Source of the DNA: an uncultured delta proteobacterium
Lineage (GTDB): Bacteria; Desulfobacterota; BSN033; UBA1163
Assembly: GCA_963827685.1 (NCBI GenBank)
Contig: CAWHBU010000006.1
Location: 480,001-544,000 of the forward strand
Direction of reading: 5' to 3'
DNA: 64,000 nucleotides
Below the pieces are notes generated by a model. It ran no database searches. It saw nothing but the letters and a program-made list of their open reading frames with translations, and was not told where the DNA came from. Numbering within the stretch: the first letter of the stretch is position 1; the number at the start of each line of letters is the position of its first letter. Below are positions 10,221 to 18,962 of this stretch, piece after piece. The translations under genes and the position numbers were made by a program.

Positions 10221-10813
10221 GGACGGATCAGATGATCTGCTTCCAAAAGAGACTGAGCAATATCATACATATTGGAAACAGTTCCTACTCTCAATTTCTC
10301 CTTTAATCCATAGAAATCGAGGCATGTTCCGCAGGCCAGGATCTCTACCCCCTCTTCGGATAATTTCTTGAGAGTCTCCAAGACCTCAGAACCCTCCGAA
10401 GCCAATCGAACTCCTGAATTAATCAAAATCAATCGAGAGGGTTTTTTCTCTAGATCCATTAGGGTCTTCAAAAAAGACCTCATCAGGATCGCTCCCAATG
10501 ACTCATCCCCAACACCCAGGAGATGGGAATTAATATAAACGACAACCTTTTTGATTTTCTCGTTAGGCTGGGTCACTTTCTCTCTATCCTCACTACTGGT
10601 CTTTCGAATGCGAAGATAAAAATCCTGCCCTTCCTGCTTAATTTCCACCGGACATCCTTGACTCTGAACGAACCGTTCCACATTATTACAGGAGGAAGCA
10701 TTGTCCACAATGACGATCATCTCTCCTTCCTTCAGCTGATCTAATGCCTGTTTTGTTGTCACGACAGGTTGGGGACAGGCAAGACCTCGACAGTCAATCA
10801 CCGGCATTTCCAT
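10217..10813 (-). CDS. yedF: Selenium-metabolism sulfurtransferase-like protein YedF (TusA plus DsrE domains)
   Basis: IDCRGLACPQPVV, then LG..LMRSFL, NSGVRL, ACGTCLDFY and GTVSNMY. Confidence 0.88.
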   Translation of the reverse strand: MEMPVIDCRGLACPQPVVTTKQALDQLKEGEMIVIVDNASSCNNVERFVQSQGCPVEIKQEGQDFYLRIRKTSSEDREKVTQPNEKIKKVVVYINSHLLGVGDESLGAILMRSFLKTLMDLEKKPSRLILINSGVRLASEGSEVLETLKKLSEEGVEILACGTCLDFYGLKEKLRVGTVSNMYDIAQSLLEADHLIRP

Positions 10814-10960
10814 TTCCTCCGATTCATTTTAAGGGATTGAGAAAGAACTACGGATATTATTCTACCACATATTTCCTTTTCTTTTCATAGATATTCCAGG
10901 CAGCTCTCAAAACTCAAAAGACTACCCGACACTTGTTCAAGACCAAGAAAGAAGAGCGCA

Positions 10961-12115
10961 TCACCTTTCCTGTTTGGAAATCTGGGAGACGGTTCGGATC
11001 GCGGCCTCGATGTCTGCTTCGTTGTTGAAAGCACTCAAGCCAAATCGGACTGTTCCCTCTGGGAATGTCCCGATGGTGCGATGGGCTGCGGGCGCACAGT
11101 GAAGTCCTGAACGGCAGAGGACACCGAATTCCTTTTCTAAGCGGTGGGCCACATCTGAAGGAGAAAGTTGTTCAATATTGAAAGAAAGAGTGGCAATTTG
11201 ATTTTTCTGGATTTGTGGCCCATAGCGTTTCACCCGAGAAATCTTTTTCAACCCCTCGATGAGCTTTTCAGTTAGAGTGATTTCATTTTGCCGGATCTGT
11301 TCCACTCCTTTTTCCAGGACAAATCGAATCCCGGCGAGAAGCCCGGCAATGCCAACGCCATTTGGGGTTCCGCTTTCAAAGCGGTCCGGCAAGAAGTCCG
11401 GCTGTTCCTCAAATTCTGATCGACTTCCTGTCCCACCTTGTTTTAACGGAATCATTTCCTTTTCATCTATCCGTTCACCAATAACAAGCCCCCCAGTCCC
11501 CTGGGGCCCATAAAGGCTCTTATGTCCAGTAAAAGCTAAGAGATCAATCCCATCTCTTTCAACATCAATCGGATAAGCTCCGGCCGTCTGCGCAGCATCG
11601 ACCAAAAAGAGAAGATTGTGTGCCCTTGCGATCTCCCCAACTGCGATGATTGGAAGAAGTGTTCCTGTGACATTCGAGGCATGATTGAGAACTACCATTT
11701 TTGTATTCGATTGAATCCTTCTTTCCACTTCTCCTGCGTCCAGCATACCTTCTTTGGAACAGGGAATGACGCTCAATTCGATTCCCTTCTTCTCCAGATC
11801 CCTGAGAGGCCTCATCACCGAATTGTGTTCCATGCTGCTCGTAATGACATGGTCTTTAGGTTTTAATAAACCATTTAGGGCTAAATTGATGGATTCGGTA
11901 GCATTGAGTGTGAAGACGATTCTTGATGAATCTTTGACATGGAACAGAACCGAAAGAGCCTCTCTGGTCTCATAGATAATCCTTGCGGCTTCAATCGAGA
12001 GGAAGTGTCCAGATCGGCCTGGGTTGGCCCCGACCTCCTCCATAAATTTGTTCATCGCCTCTTTCACTTGAGGAGGCTTCGGCCATGAAGTGGCTGGATT
12101 ATCGAGGTAGATCAT
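10961..12115 (-). CDS. Class V aminotransferase, cysteine desulfurase / selenocysteine lyase family
   Basis: IYLDNPATSWPKP, MEHNSV, DAAQTAG, TGHKSLYGPQG (PLP Lys), RSGLHCAP. Confidence 0.92.
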   Translation of the reverse strand: MIYLDNPATSWPKPPQVKEAMNKFMEEVGANPGRSGHFLSIEAARIIYETREALSVLFHVKDSSRIVFTLNATESINLALNGLLKPKDHVITSSMEHNSVMRPLRDLEKKGIELSVIPCSKEGMLDAGEVERRIQSNTKMVVLNHASNVTGTLLPIIAVGEIARAHNLLFLVDAAQTAGAYPIDVERDGIDLLAFTGHKSLYGPQGTGGLVIGERIDEKEMIPLKQGGTGSRSEFEEQPDFLPDRFESGTPNGVGIAGLLAGIRFVLEKGVEQIRQNEITLTEKLIEGLKKISRVKRYGPQIQKNQIATLSFNIEQLSPSDVAHRLEKEFGVLCRSGLHCAPAAHRTIGTFPEGTVRFGLSAFNNEADIEAAIRTVSQISKQER

Positions 12116-12119
12116 TTCT

Positions 12120-12335
12120 TCAATCCTTTTTTAAAACAAGACGGTAACCTTCTTGAACCCTCTCAATTTCCACACTCCACCCTGATTGTTGAGCTAAGCG
12201 AGAAACATTCTCTTTGGAAGTGTCCGTATCTACGAGGATGATAATTTCTCCCTTGTTGATCTTTTTTGTCTCACTCAGAGCCAGCATCACAGGTTGAGGG
12301 CACGAAAGCCCACGGGCATCAACGATCTTACTCAT
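12120..12335 (-). CDS. TusA/SirA-family sulfur carrier
   Basis: VDARGLSCPQPV motif, about 71 aa. Start is 12335 or 12341. Confidence 0.88.
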   Translation of the reverse strand: MSKIVDARGLSCPQPVMLALSETKKINKGEIIILVDTDTSKENVSRLAQQSGWSVEIERVQEGYRLVLKKD

Positions 12336-12350
12336 CTTCATCCCTCCTTT

Positions 12351-13445
12351 TTAAGCGACTTCTTTTCGCATTGTGAAGCCGATAAACAGACATGTGAGAA
12401 GTCCAATGATCACAGCGGCGACGCCATAGGATCCAACTCCGTCTGGAGAACTGGCCAGGCCAAAGTTATGTGCAAAACCGGCTCCGACGATCATCCCCAG
12501 GACAAAAACCGCTGCATCCCCATCGCCCTCCCCGGCAAGGAAGAGCTGTCTTCCCGGACAACCCCCGGCCAGGGCAAAGGCTAACCCTGCCAAGACCATG
12601 CCGCCGAAGTTCCAAAGGCTCATTGTGTGAGCCACGGGTTGCTTGACAAAACCGGGATGAAACTGTCCCAGAATCAAGTTCACAATAAAAGCAACAACCA
12701 CGAGAGCCATCGCTCCTGAGAGGAGATGGTTCTGTCTAAAAAGGACGAAATCCCGGATGGCCCCCATGGTGCAGAACCGACTTCTCTGCGCCAGAAATCC
12801 GATGCAGAGGCCAATCACCAGCGACACAAAAAGCGGTGCGTGCATGGACCCGGGGCCTTTCAGGCTGTAGAACAAGACTCCGCTTTTATCCTGGGCCTCA
12901 ACCTGGGGAAAGATGAACATCAGAACAAGAAACCCAAGCATGACTAAAGGCAATAACCATCCAACCGAGGTATGAGTGGTTTGAGAACGCCCCAGGTTGT
13001 AACCGCCTTTCAAAAAGAGTGTGCCAACCCATATTCCTCCGATGAGTCCGAGCAACCCGAAAATGGCATTCCCATCACCACCGGCCAAACGGAGCATAGC
13101 TCGCCAGGGGCACCCCAAAAACACCAGGGCTCCGATCATAGCAAAAGCCCCAAGGACAAATCGAACAATGGGAGCAGAGCCAGCCCGTGACCGGAATTCC
13201 TTGAACACATAGGCGGCAATCAGTGAGCCAAGGACAAAGCCGATGATTTCGGGCCGAATATATTGAACAACAGCGGCCCGATGAAGCCCCAGGGCGCCCG
13301 CAATGTCCCTCTCGAAACAGGCCACGCAGATGCCCATGTTCGCCGGGTTTCCCCACTTCTGCAAAAGCGGGGCAAAGACCCCGATAAAAGCCCCTACTGA
13401 AATGATTCCCCAACGAGTCGCAAAAATGTTCTTAATGGTGGTCAT
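12351..13445 (-). CDS. yedE: YedE-family putative selenium transporter
   Basis: GNPANMGICVACFERDIAG, FLGCPWR, RSRFCTMG and GGCPGRQ motifs in a polytopic membrane protein. ATG 13445 follows GAAAGGAGGG. Confidence 0.9.
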   Translation of the reverse strand: MTTIKNIFATRWGIISVGAFIGVFAPLLQKWGNPANMGICVACFERDIAGALGLHRAAVVQYIRPEIIGFVLGSLIAAYVFKEFRSRAGSAPIVRFVLGAFAMIGALVFLGCPWRAMLRLAGGDGNAIFGLLGLIGGIWVGTLFLKGGYNLGRSQTTHTSVGWLLPLVMLGFLVLMFIFPQVEAQDKSGVLFYSLKGPGSMHAPLFVSLVIGLCIGFLAQRSRFCTMGAIRDFVLFRQNHLLSGAMALVVVAFIVNLILGQFHPGFVKQPVAHTMSLWNFGGMVLAGLAFALAGGCPGRQLFLAGEGDGDAAVFVLGMIVGAGFAHNFGLASSPDGVGSYGVAAVIIGLLTCLFIGFTMRKEVA

Positions 13446-13450
13446 AGTTA

Positions 13451-13690
13451 CCCTCCTTTCCAAAAAATTGGTTTTGGATCATAGCCAACTCTTAATAGAT
13501 AATGGTCAGGAGGGAGGGAAAAGGTGTGAAGAACTCAGGGCACAAGAGGATAGAAATAAGTTAGGAGCATCCCTTTTCTCTCTCTCCTTCTATTGAACCG
13601 GAGACCTAACCTAGGTCTCTTTAGGCCAGATACGGCCCCTCATCTGAGAGAAAAGGGCGTTTGGGATTTTCCCACGTTGAGGCCTCCTAC
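13451..13690 (-). promoter_or_regulatory. Structured 5' leader / candidate translational attenuator
   Basis: Segment 1 (13646-13657) pairs 12/12 with segment 2 (13571-13582). Extended segment 2 (13572-13588) pairs 15/17 with segment 3 (13508-13524). Segment 3 contains CCCUCCU, complementary to the yedE SD AGGAGGG (13451-13457). Confidence 0.65.
13535..13675 (-). CDS. Putative selenocysteine-containing leader peptide (uORF) of the yedE-selD operon
   Basis: AGGAGG, 7 nt, GTG(13675): MGKSQTPFSLR-TGA(13640-13642)-GAVSGLKRPRLGLRFNRRRERKGMLLTYFYPLVP-TGA(13535-13537). A perfect 8-bp hairpin starts 20 nt after the first TGA. Confidence 0.55.
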
Positions 13691-13715
13691 CGCTTCTTGA
13701 GAAAATTATTAAAAA

Positions 13716-13776
13716 CAGTTAACTGGAAAATTGAGATATGTCAAATCGGAATTTTCGATAATGAGAATGATAATTA
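13716..13776 (-). promoter_or_regulatory. Candidate sigma70 promoter of the Se operon with adjacent operator-like motifs
   Basis: TTGACA on the minus strand at 13739-13744, with a weak -10 (TTAACT/TAACTG) 16-17 nt downstream. Directly upstream are ATCG-N7-CGAT (13745-13759) and GATAATGAGAATGATAATT (13757-13775). Confidence 0.45.
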
Positions 13777-13957
13777 TTGGAAATTCCAATTAAAAACTTC
13801 ACAACCCTTCTTCACCTTTCTATTTTCTTTTTGGTTGCTTTGCCAGGACAAAATTGATATAAATTTGAATACCGGGATAATGGAATGTTGGAATGCTGGA
13901 CACCGTTTATTCCATTCTTCCACCATTCCAATAATAATCTTTTGAGGGAGGTGGGGT

Positions 13958-14395
13958 ATGTACAAAAAAATCTTAGTCCCGTTGGATGGATCAGAATTGG
14001 CAAAAATGGCCTTGGACGAGGCTGAAAAAATGGCTAAGGCCTTTGATGCTGAAATCATTCTTTTCCAAGTGGTCCCCTTTATGCCCATATATGGTTCACC
14101 AGAGCTGGTTACCCCTCTGATCGTCGACGAAAAACAGAAGGAAGCCGCCGAGAAATATCTTGCGAACCTCTGCGAGGAATTGAGAAAGAGAGGTCTTGGG
14201 GCAGCGGCGATGGTGAGGACCGGGCAGCAGGTGGCCGTCGAGATCATTGACTTTGCCAAAGAGGCCGGGGCGGATCTAATCATCATGTGTACTCATGGCC
14301 GGTCCGGAATTTCGAGGTGGGTGATGGGGAGTGTCGCCCTTAAAGTCGTAACCCGGGCTGAAACGCCCATCCTTCTCATCCGGTCAAAAAGATAA
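13958..14395 (+). CDS. Universal stress protein (UspA family)
   Basis: YKKILVPLDGS, ADLIIMCTHGRSG, MGSVA..V. Confidence 0.93.
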   Translation: MYKKILVPLDGSELAKMALDEAEKMAKAFDAEIILFQVVPFMPIYGSPELVTPLIVDEKQKEAAEKYLANLCEELRKRGLGAAAMVRTGQQVAVEIIDFAKEAGADLIIMCTHGRSGISRWVMGSVALKVVTRAETPILLIRSKR

Positions 14396-14418
14396 AGGCT
14401 TCGATATCGGGGTAAAAA

Positions 14419-15474
14419 ATGAAACGAGAACATATCTTTCTCATCTTCATCCTTTTCCTCACCTTCTTTTCCATCTATCTGCTCTACCAAATCCTTTCCC
14501 CTTTTCTTTCTTCCATCGTATGGGCCGTCCTCCTGGCCATCGTTTTTTATCCCCTCTTCCAGAAACTTCAACGCTTATTAAAAAAAAGGGAGGTCCTCTC
14601 CGCCCTCCTCATGACCTTGTTGGTGCTTATCGTCATCGTATTGCCCTTCACTCTTCTGATGGCCTCTTTGGCCAGCGATGCAATCGACATCTATCATCAA
14701 TTGGAGGAAATGATCAAAACCGGCCAACTTCAGGCTTATTTTGATAGAATCAAAGAGATCCCCATTCTCAAATGGATCTTGGCGGGGTTAGGTCAACATA
14801 TCGATCTCTCACAGACCAATCCTCTGCCTCTATTACTAAACAACCTCAACCGGATCAGTACTTTCATCTTCACTCAGACCACCATCCTTTTAAAAGGATT
14901 CTCCACATTTATTGCTGGATTCTTCTTCACCCTCCTCTCCCTCTACTATCTTTTCAAAGATGGAAGTCACCTTTTCGGGAGATTGAAAGAGGTCATTCCC
15001 CTCCCCTCCAGGGAGAGGGACCTTCTCATTCAACGGTTCAAGGACATGATCTATGCCACCATCTACGGAGGGATTCTGATCGCCCTGATTCAGGGGGTCT
15101 TAGGTGGGTTATCTTTTTGGATCCTTGGACTCCCTTCGCCTATCTTCTGGGGAACAGCGATGGGTCTGCTTTCCTTTATCCCCATTGGTGGAACAGCTTT
15201 CATCTGGGTTCCAGCGGCTATCATCTTATTGATCGGAGGGGCTGTTGCAAAAGGACTCATCCTGCTCGGCCTGGGAGTATTGGTGATCAGTATGGTGGAT
15301 AATCTCCTCAGGCCATTTTTTATCAGCACCCGAACCAATATCCATCCTTTGCTCCTCTTCTTTGCTGTGTTAGGAGGGGTCCAGGCTTTTGGATTAATCG
15401 GTCTGGTCGCGGGCCCCTTGATTGCCACGCTCTTTCTTACCCTGACCGAAATTTATATTCAAGGGATCCAATGA
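14419..15474 (+). CDS. AI-2E (UPF0118) family transporter
   Basis: Polytopic membrane protein with LSFIP..GT...WVP, DNLLRP and GG...FG..GLV.GP motifs. Confidence 0.9.
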   Translation: MKREHIFLIFILFLTFFSIYLLYQILSPFLSSIVWAVLLAIVFYPLFQKLQRLLKKREVLSALLMTLLVLIVIVLPFTLLMASLASDAIDIYHQLEEMIKTGQLQAYFDRIKEIPILKWILAGLGQHIDLSQTNPLPLLLNNLNRISTFIFTQTTILLKGFSTFIAGFFFTLLSLYYLFKDGSHLFGRLKEVIPLPSRERDLLIQRFKDMIYATIYGGILIALIQGVLGGLSFWILGLPSPIFWGTAMGLLSFIPIGGTAFIWVPAAIILLIGGAVAKGLILLGLGVLVISMVDNLLRPFFISTRTNIHPLLLFFAVLGGVQAFGLIGLVAGPLIATLFLTLTEIYIQGIQ

Positions 15475-15477
15475 TTG

Positions 15478-15537
15478 TAGAATGCAGAATGTGGATTGCG
15501 GATTTAGATTCGCATTCCGAAATCCGCTTTCCGCAAT
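15478..15537. repeat. Inverted 7-mer repeat arms, family C: (AATGCGG)n...(AATCCGC)n
   Basis: Same pattern at about 56297-56362. Related arms at 47560-47628 and 39565-39775. Confidence 0.75.
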
Positions 15538-16509
15538 CTAAAGGTTGGGGGCTTCTAAGATCTCGTATTTGAAATCTTTGGCTTGGCTGGGAAGGTCTTT
15601 GAAAATCACCATAAAAGGAGTGGCCTTGCCCGGAGGCGTAATCATCTCTTCTTTCGTTTGAGGTTTAACCACCATCTCCCCTCTAAAAAATTCCACAGGC
15701 TGTTGCTTCAACTCTCCACGACCGATAGTCTGACCGCAGATCGCCTCCTTCTCAGCCACTTTGAGTTTGTCTTGATCAAAAATGACAATTCTTATTTTGA
15801 TATACTTTTTGGTAAGCTTGGATTGATTCTTCACCTTTCCTTCGATGACAAAGAACGAAACATCTCCTATCTTCTCGTCATATCCGCTCAGATCTCCAAC
15901 GACCAGATCTTCTCCCTCTATTCCCCAAATCTGGTTCCAAACCTCAGTGATCTTTTTAACCGAATAGTCTACATAAGGGGAGAGTCTGCCACCGGAACTT
16001 AATTCCGACCATAAATAGAAGATACCGAAGATCAGGAGCATTAAAACAATGAGAAGGGCAAGAAAGCGAAAGGGGCCTCTCCTCTCAACACGCATCATAC
16101 TCTGCGGTCTGGAGGGTTTGCCCTCCCTCCTCTCTTCCCTGACAGGTTCCTCGGCGAGTAGGTTCTCCACTTTTTGAAGAGGAACTGATTTCTCCACTTT
16201 CTCTGTTGGAGCCTTTTCAGTAAAGAGGAATGTTTCTTCTTCCTCCTCTTCCCTCTCCGGCGCTTCCTCTTCTTCCTTCACTTTCGCCCCTGGAGAAACC
16301 TCCATTTTTTTCTCACTCGGTTCCATCAAATCTTCATGATATTTGGCAAAGGATTCCAAATTCTCGATAATTTCCTCTTTGGTCTCAGGAGGAGGGACAA
16401 CGTAGAATACATGCTTGCATCGCGAACAACGGACCTTAACTCCTTCGGCCGAAATTCGAGAATCGTCTAAATTAAACTTGGTCAAACAAGAGGCACAGGT
16501 GATAATCAT
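15538..16509 (-). CDS. MJ0042-type zinc-ribbon plus DUF3426 membrane protein
   Basis: MIITCASC...VRCSRC..VF, acidic linker, single TM helix, C-terminal domain with PFMVIF. Confidence 0.85.
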   Translation of the reverse strand: MIITCASCLTKFNLDDSRISAEGVKVRCSRCKHVFYVVPPPETKEEIIENLESFAKYHEDLMEPSEKKMEVSPGAKVKEEEEAPEREEEEEETFLFTEKAPTEKVEKSVPLQKVENLLAEEPVREERREGKPSRPQSMMRVERRGPFRFLALLIVLMLLIFGIFYLWSELSSGGRLSPYVDYSVKKITEVWNQIWGIEGEDLVVGDLSGYDEKIGDVSFFVIEGKVKNQSKLTKKYIKIRIVIFDQDKLKVAEKEAICGQTIGRGELKQQPVEFFRGEMVVKPQTKEEMITPPGKATPFMVIFKDLPSQAKDFKYEILEAPNL

Positions 16510-16857
16510 AGACAACCTCTTTTGAAGATCTTTTCGACATTATGATGAAAGGAATAGAAAAAATCAAGGATAAATTTTTGGCCCGACAATTGGCTAGAGG
16601 GGAGAAATATGCCTCATCGTCTCTAACATAGAAATGTAGACTTTTAAAAATTCCAAATCCCAAATTGCAAATCACAAATAAATTCCAAACTCGAAATCCA
16701 AGTGACCGAAAGGATTTTGTTTAGAATTGGCAATTTTGATCATTCGAATTTGTTTGTTATTTGGCCTGCCTGCGCGAAGCCGCTCCGGCGGAGGCAGGTG
16801 CTTGCCCTGCACCATATTTAGGTACAGGGCTTAGGATTTGGTGCTTGCCCGAAGGGC

Positions 16858-18063
16858 TTATCTTCCCAAGCGTTTTTTAAACTCTTGGGTCAGCATGGGA
16901 ACAACAGTAAAGAGGTCACCCACAATTCCATAGGTAGCGATCTTAAAAATGGGTGCTTCAGAATCTTTGTTGATGGCGACAATAATATCGGATGTCTTCA
17001 TGCCAGCCTGGTGCTGAATGGAACCGGAGATACCACAGGCAATGTAGATTTTTGGCCGAACGGTTCGGCCGGTCTGGCCCACCTGGTGTTCATAAGGAAT
17101 CCAACCCGAATCGACGGCTGCGCGAGAGGCGCCCACGGCAGCCTGTAAAACCTCTGCCAGCTCACGGATGGCTTTAAAATTCTCCGGCCCCCCTACACCT
17201 CTTCCCCCTGAGACGATGATCTCCGCGTCAGCCAGATTGACTGTCTCCGCCCCTTTGATAAATTCCAAAATCTTTGTCCTGACCTGATCTTCGGTCATCT
17301 GGAGCGTCTCCCGAATGATCTCTCCCTTTCTCGAATCATCCCTCGAAGGCATGGGGAACACCTTGGGTCGGACCGTAGACATCTGGGGCCGGTAGTTGGG
17401 ATAGTCAAGAATCGTCGCCATGATGTTTCCACCAAAAGCCGGTCGAGTCTGTTTGAGATATTTCGTCTCCGGATCGATTTCCAAACCTGTACAGTCTGCG
17501 GTTAATCCTGCCTCGATGGTGGTCGCTACCGTTCCTGCAAAATCTCGTCCTTGCGTGGTGGCTCCGAAAAGGACAATTTCAGGTTTATATTTCCGAATGA
17601 GATCTACGGCAGCCTTAGCATGAGAATCGGTACAATATTGTTTGAGCAGAGGGCTTTCCATGACGTAGACCTTCTCCGCTCCATAGGCGATGGCATCCTT
17701 GGCAAATCGATCCACGGCCTCCTTGTCCCCGAAAAGCATTCCGCAGAGTTTGCATCCTATGGCATCGGCCAACTTCCTCCCCTCCCCCAAGAGCTCGAAG
17801 GAGACACTTCCCACCTTGCCGTGCTCATGTTCTATGAATATCCAGACATCTTTACAAGCACTGATGTCTATCGTTACGGCCTTCTCTTCCTTTTCTAAGG
17901 TAATCGCACTCACCGGACAGACATCCACACAAGCGCCGCAGAAGGTGCACTTCTCATCGACAACCGCAATCCCTTCCTTCATGCTCAGTGCGCCAAAGGG
18001 ACAGGCGGAAATACAAGATTCGCATCCGGTGCAGGTATCCTTGTCAATCAATAATCTAGCCAT
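16858..18063 (-). CDS. etfA: Electron transfer flavoprotein alpha subunit with N-terminal 2x[4Fe-4S] ferredoxin domain
   Basis: CTGCESCISACP and CTFCGACVDVCP, then GLTADCT, RPAFGG, VSGGRG, QVGQTG, GISGSIQH. Confidence 0.94.
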   Translation of the reverse strand: MARLLIDKDTCTGCESCISACPFGALSMKEGIAVVDEKCTFCGACVDVCPVSAITLEKEEKAVTIDISACKDVWIFIEHEHGKVGSVSFELLGEGRKLADAIGCKLCGMLFGDKEAVDRFAKDAIAYGAEKVYVMESPLLKQYCTDSHAKAAVDLIRKYKPEIVLFGATTQGRDFAGTVATTIEAGLTADCTGLEIDPETKYLKQTRPAFGGNIMATILDYPNYRPQMSTVRPKVFPMPSRDDSRKGEIIRETLQMTEDQVRTKILEFIKGAETVNLADAEIIVSGGRGVGGPENFKAIRELAEVLQAAVGASRAAVDSGWIPYEHQVGQTGRTVRPKIYIACGISGSIQHQAGMKTSDIIVAINKDSEAPIFKIATYGIVGDLFTVVPMLTQEFKKRLGR

Positions 18064-18151
18064 TCGCTTCTCCTCCTATATTCAATAAGGAATTAAGGAA
18101 TTTAGGGATTATTTTCCCAAGTTCGCAATTCCTCAATCCGCAATTCCTCAA

Positions 18152-18952
18152 TTACTTTATGAACTTGGTATCCATCAATTTGTTGACCAGCAGAGGAACC
18201 ACTTCTGGTAATTCCCCCTGCAAAATCTCGCCGCCGCCCCCCCTGGCCTCGGGAGAAAAAACTTTCGTCACCCAGGTGGGGGACCCCTTCAATCCAATAC
18301 GATTCTCATCCGCGCCGATATCGTTTGCAGTCAAAGTGGGAATCTGTGCCTTGGCTGCCTTCTTGATCCCTATCAGAGAAGGGAGTCTCGGTTCATTGAT
18401 GTCCTTCATAACTGTCAACAGAACGGGAAGCGAAGATTCCACGATCTCTCTCCCGTCCTCCAGCAACCGTTCCACCACGATCCTCTTCTTGGCGGGATCA
18501 ATCTCCTTGACCTTTGAAACATAAGTCAATTGCGGAATTCCCAGGCGGGTGGCAATGCCCGGTCCCACTTGAGCTGTATCCCCATCAATGGCTTGCTTTC
18601 CGCAAATGACCAAGTCCACTTCCCCTACGATCGCCTGAATCGTCTTCGCCACGGTATAAGCCGTAGCCAGGGTGTCTGCTCCTGCAAAGGCTCTGTCTGA
18701 GACCAGATAGACCTTATCCGCACCCACGGCCAGTGCGTTTTTCAATACCTCGCTGGCCTGTGGGGGGCCCATACTGATCACGTGGATTTCTCCGCCATGC
18801 TTCTCTTTGATGAGAAGCGCTTCTTCTATCGCGTACTCATCGAAGGGATTGGTAATGCTTGCCACACCCTCCCGGACCAGTGTGTTGGTCTTCGGGTCAA
18901 TCTTCACATCCGTCGTGTCCGGAACCTGTTTAATACATACGGCGATCTTCAC
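18152..18952 (-). CDS. etfB: Electron transfer flavoprotein beta subunit
   Basis: GTG 18952 after GAGGAGG. VCIKQVPDT, NPFD..AIE, GADTLAT, GKQAIDGDTAQVGP. Confidence 0.95.
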   Translation of the reverse strand: MKIAVCIKQVPDTTDVKIDPKTNTLVREGVASITNPFDEYAIEEALLIKEKHGGEIHVISMGPPQASEVLKNALAVGADKVYLVSDRAFAGADTLATAYTVAKTIQAIVGEVDLVICGKQAIDGDTAQVGPGIATRLGIPQLTYVSKVKEIDPAKKRIVVERLLEDGREIVESSLPVLLTVMKDINEPRLPSLIGIKKAAKAQIPTLTANDIGADENRIGLKGSPTWVTKVFSPEARGGGGEILQGELPEVVPLLVNKLMDTKFIK

Positions 18953-18962
18953 TTTTTCCTCC

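Noticed and set aside
13560-13690. tRNA-Sec, 6S RNA, or Moco, cobalamin or c-di-GMP riboswitch upstream of yedE
   Set aside because: No UCA anticodon arm or T-loop, and only fragmentary matches (GGCCTAAA, TTTGGAAAGGAG) to those consensuses. The uORF/attenuator reading explains more of the sequence. An Rfam scan is still advisable.
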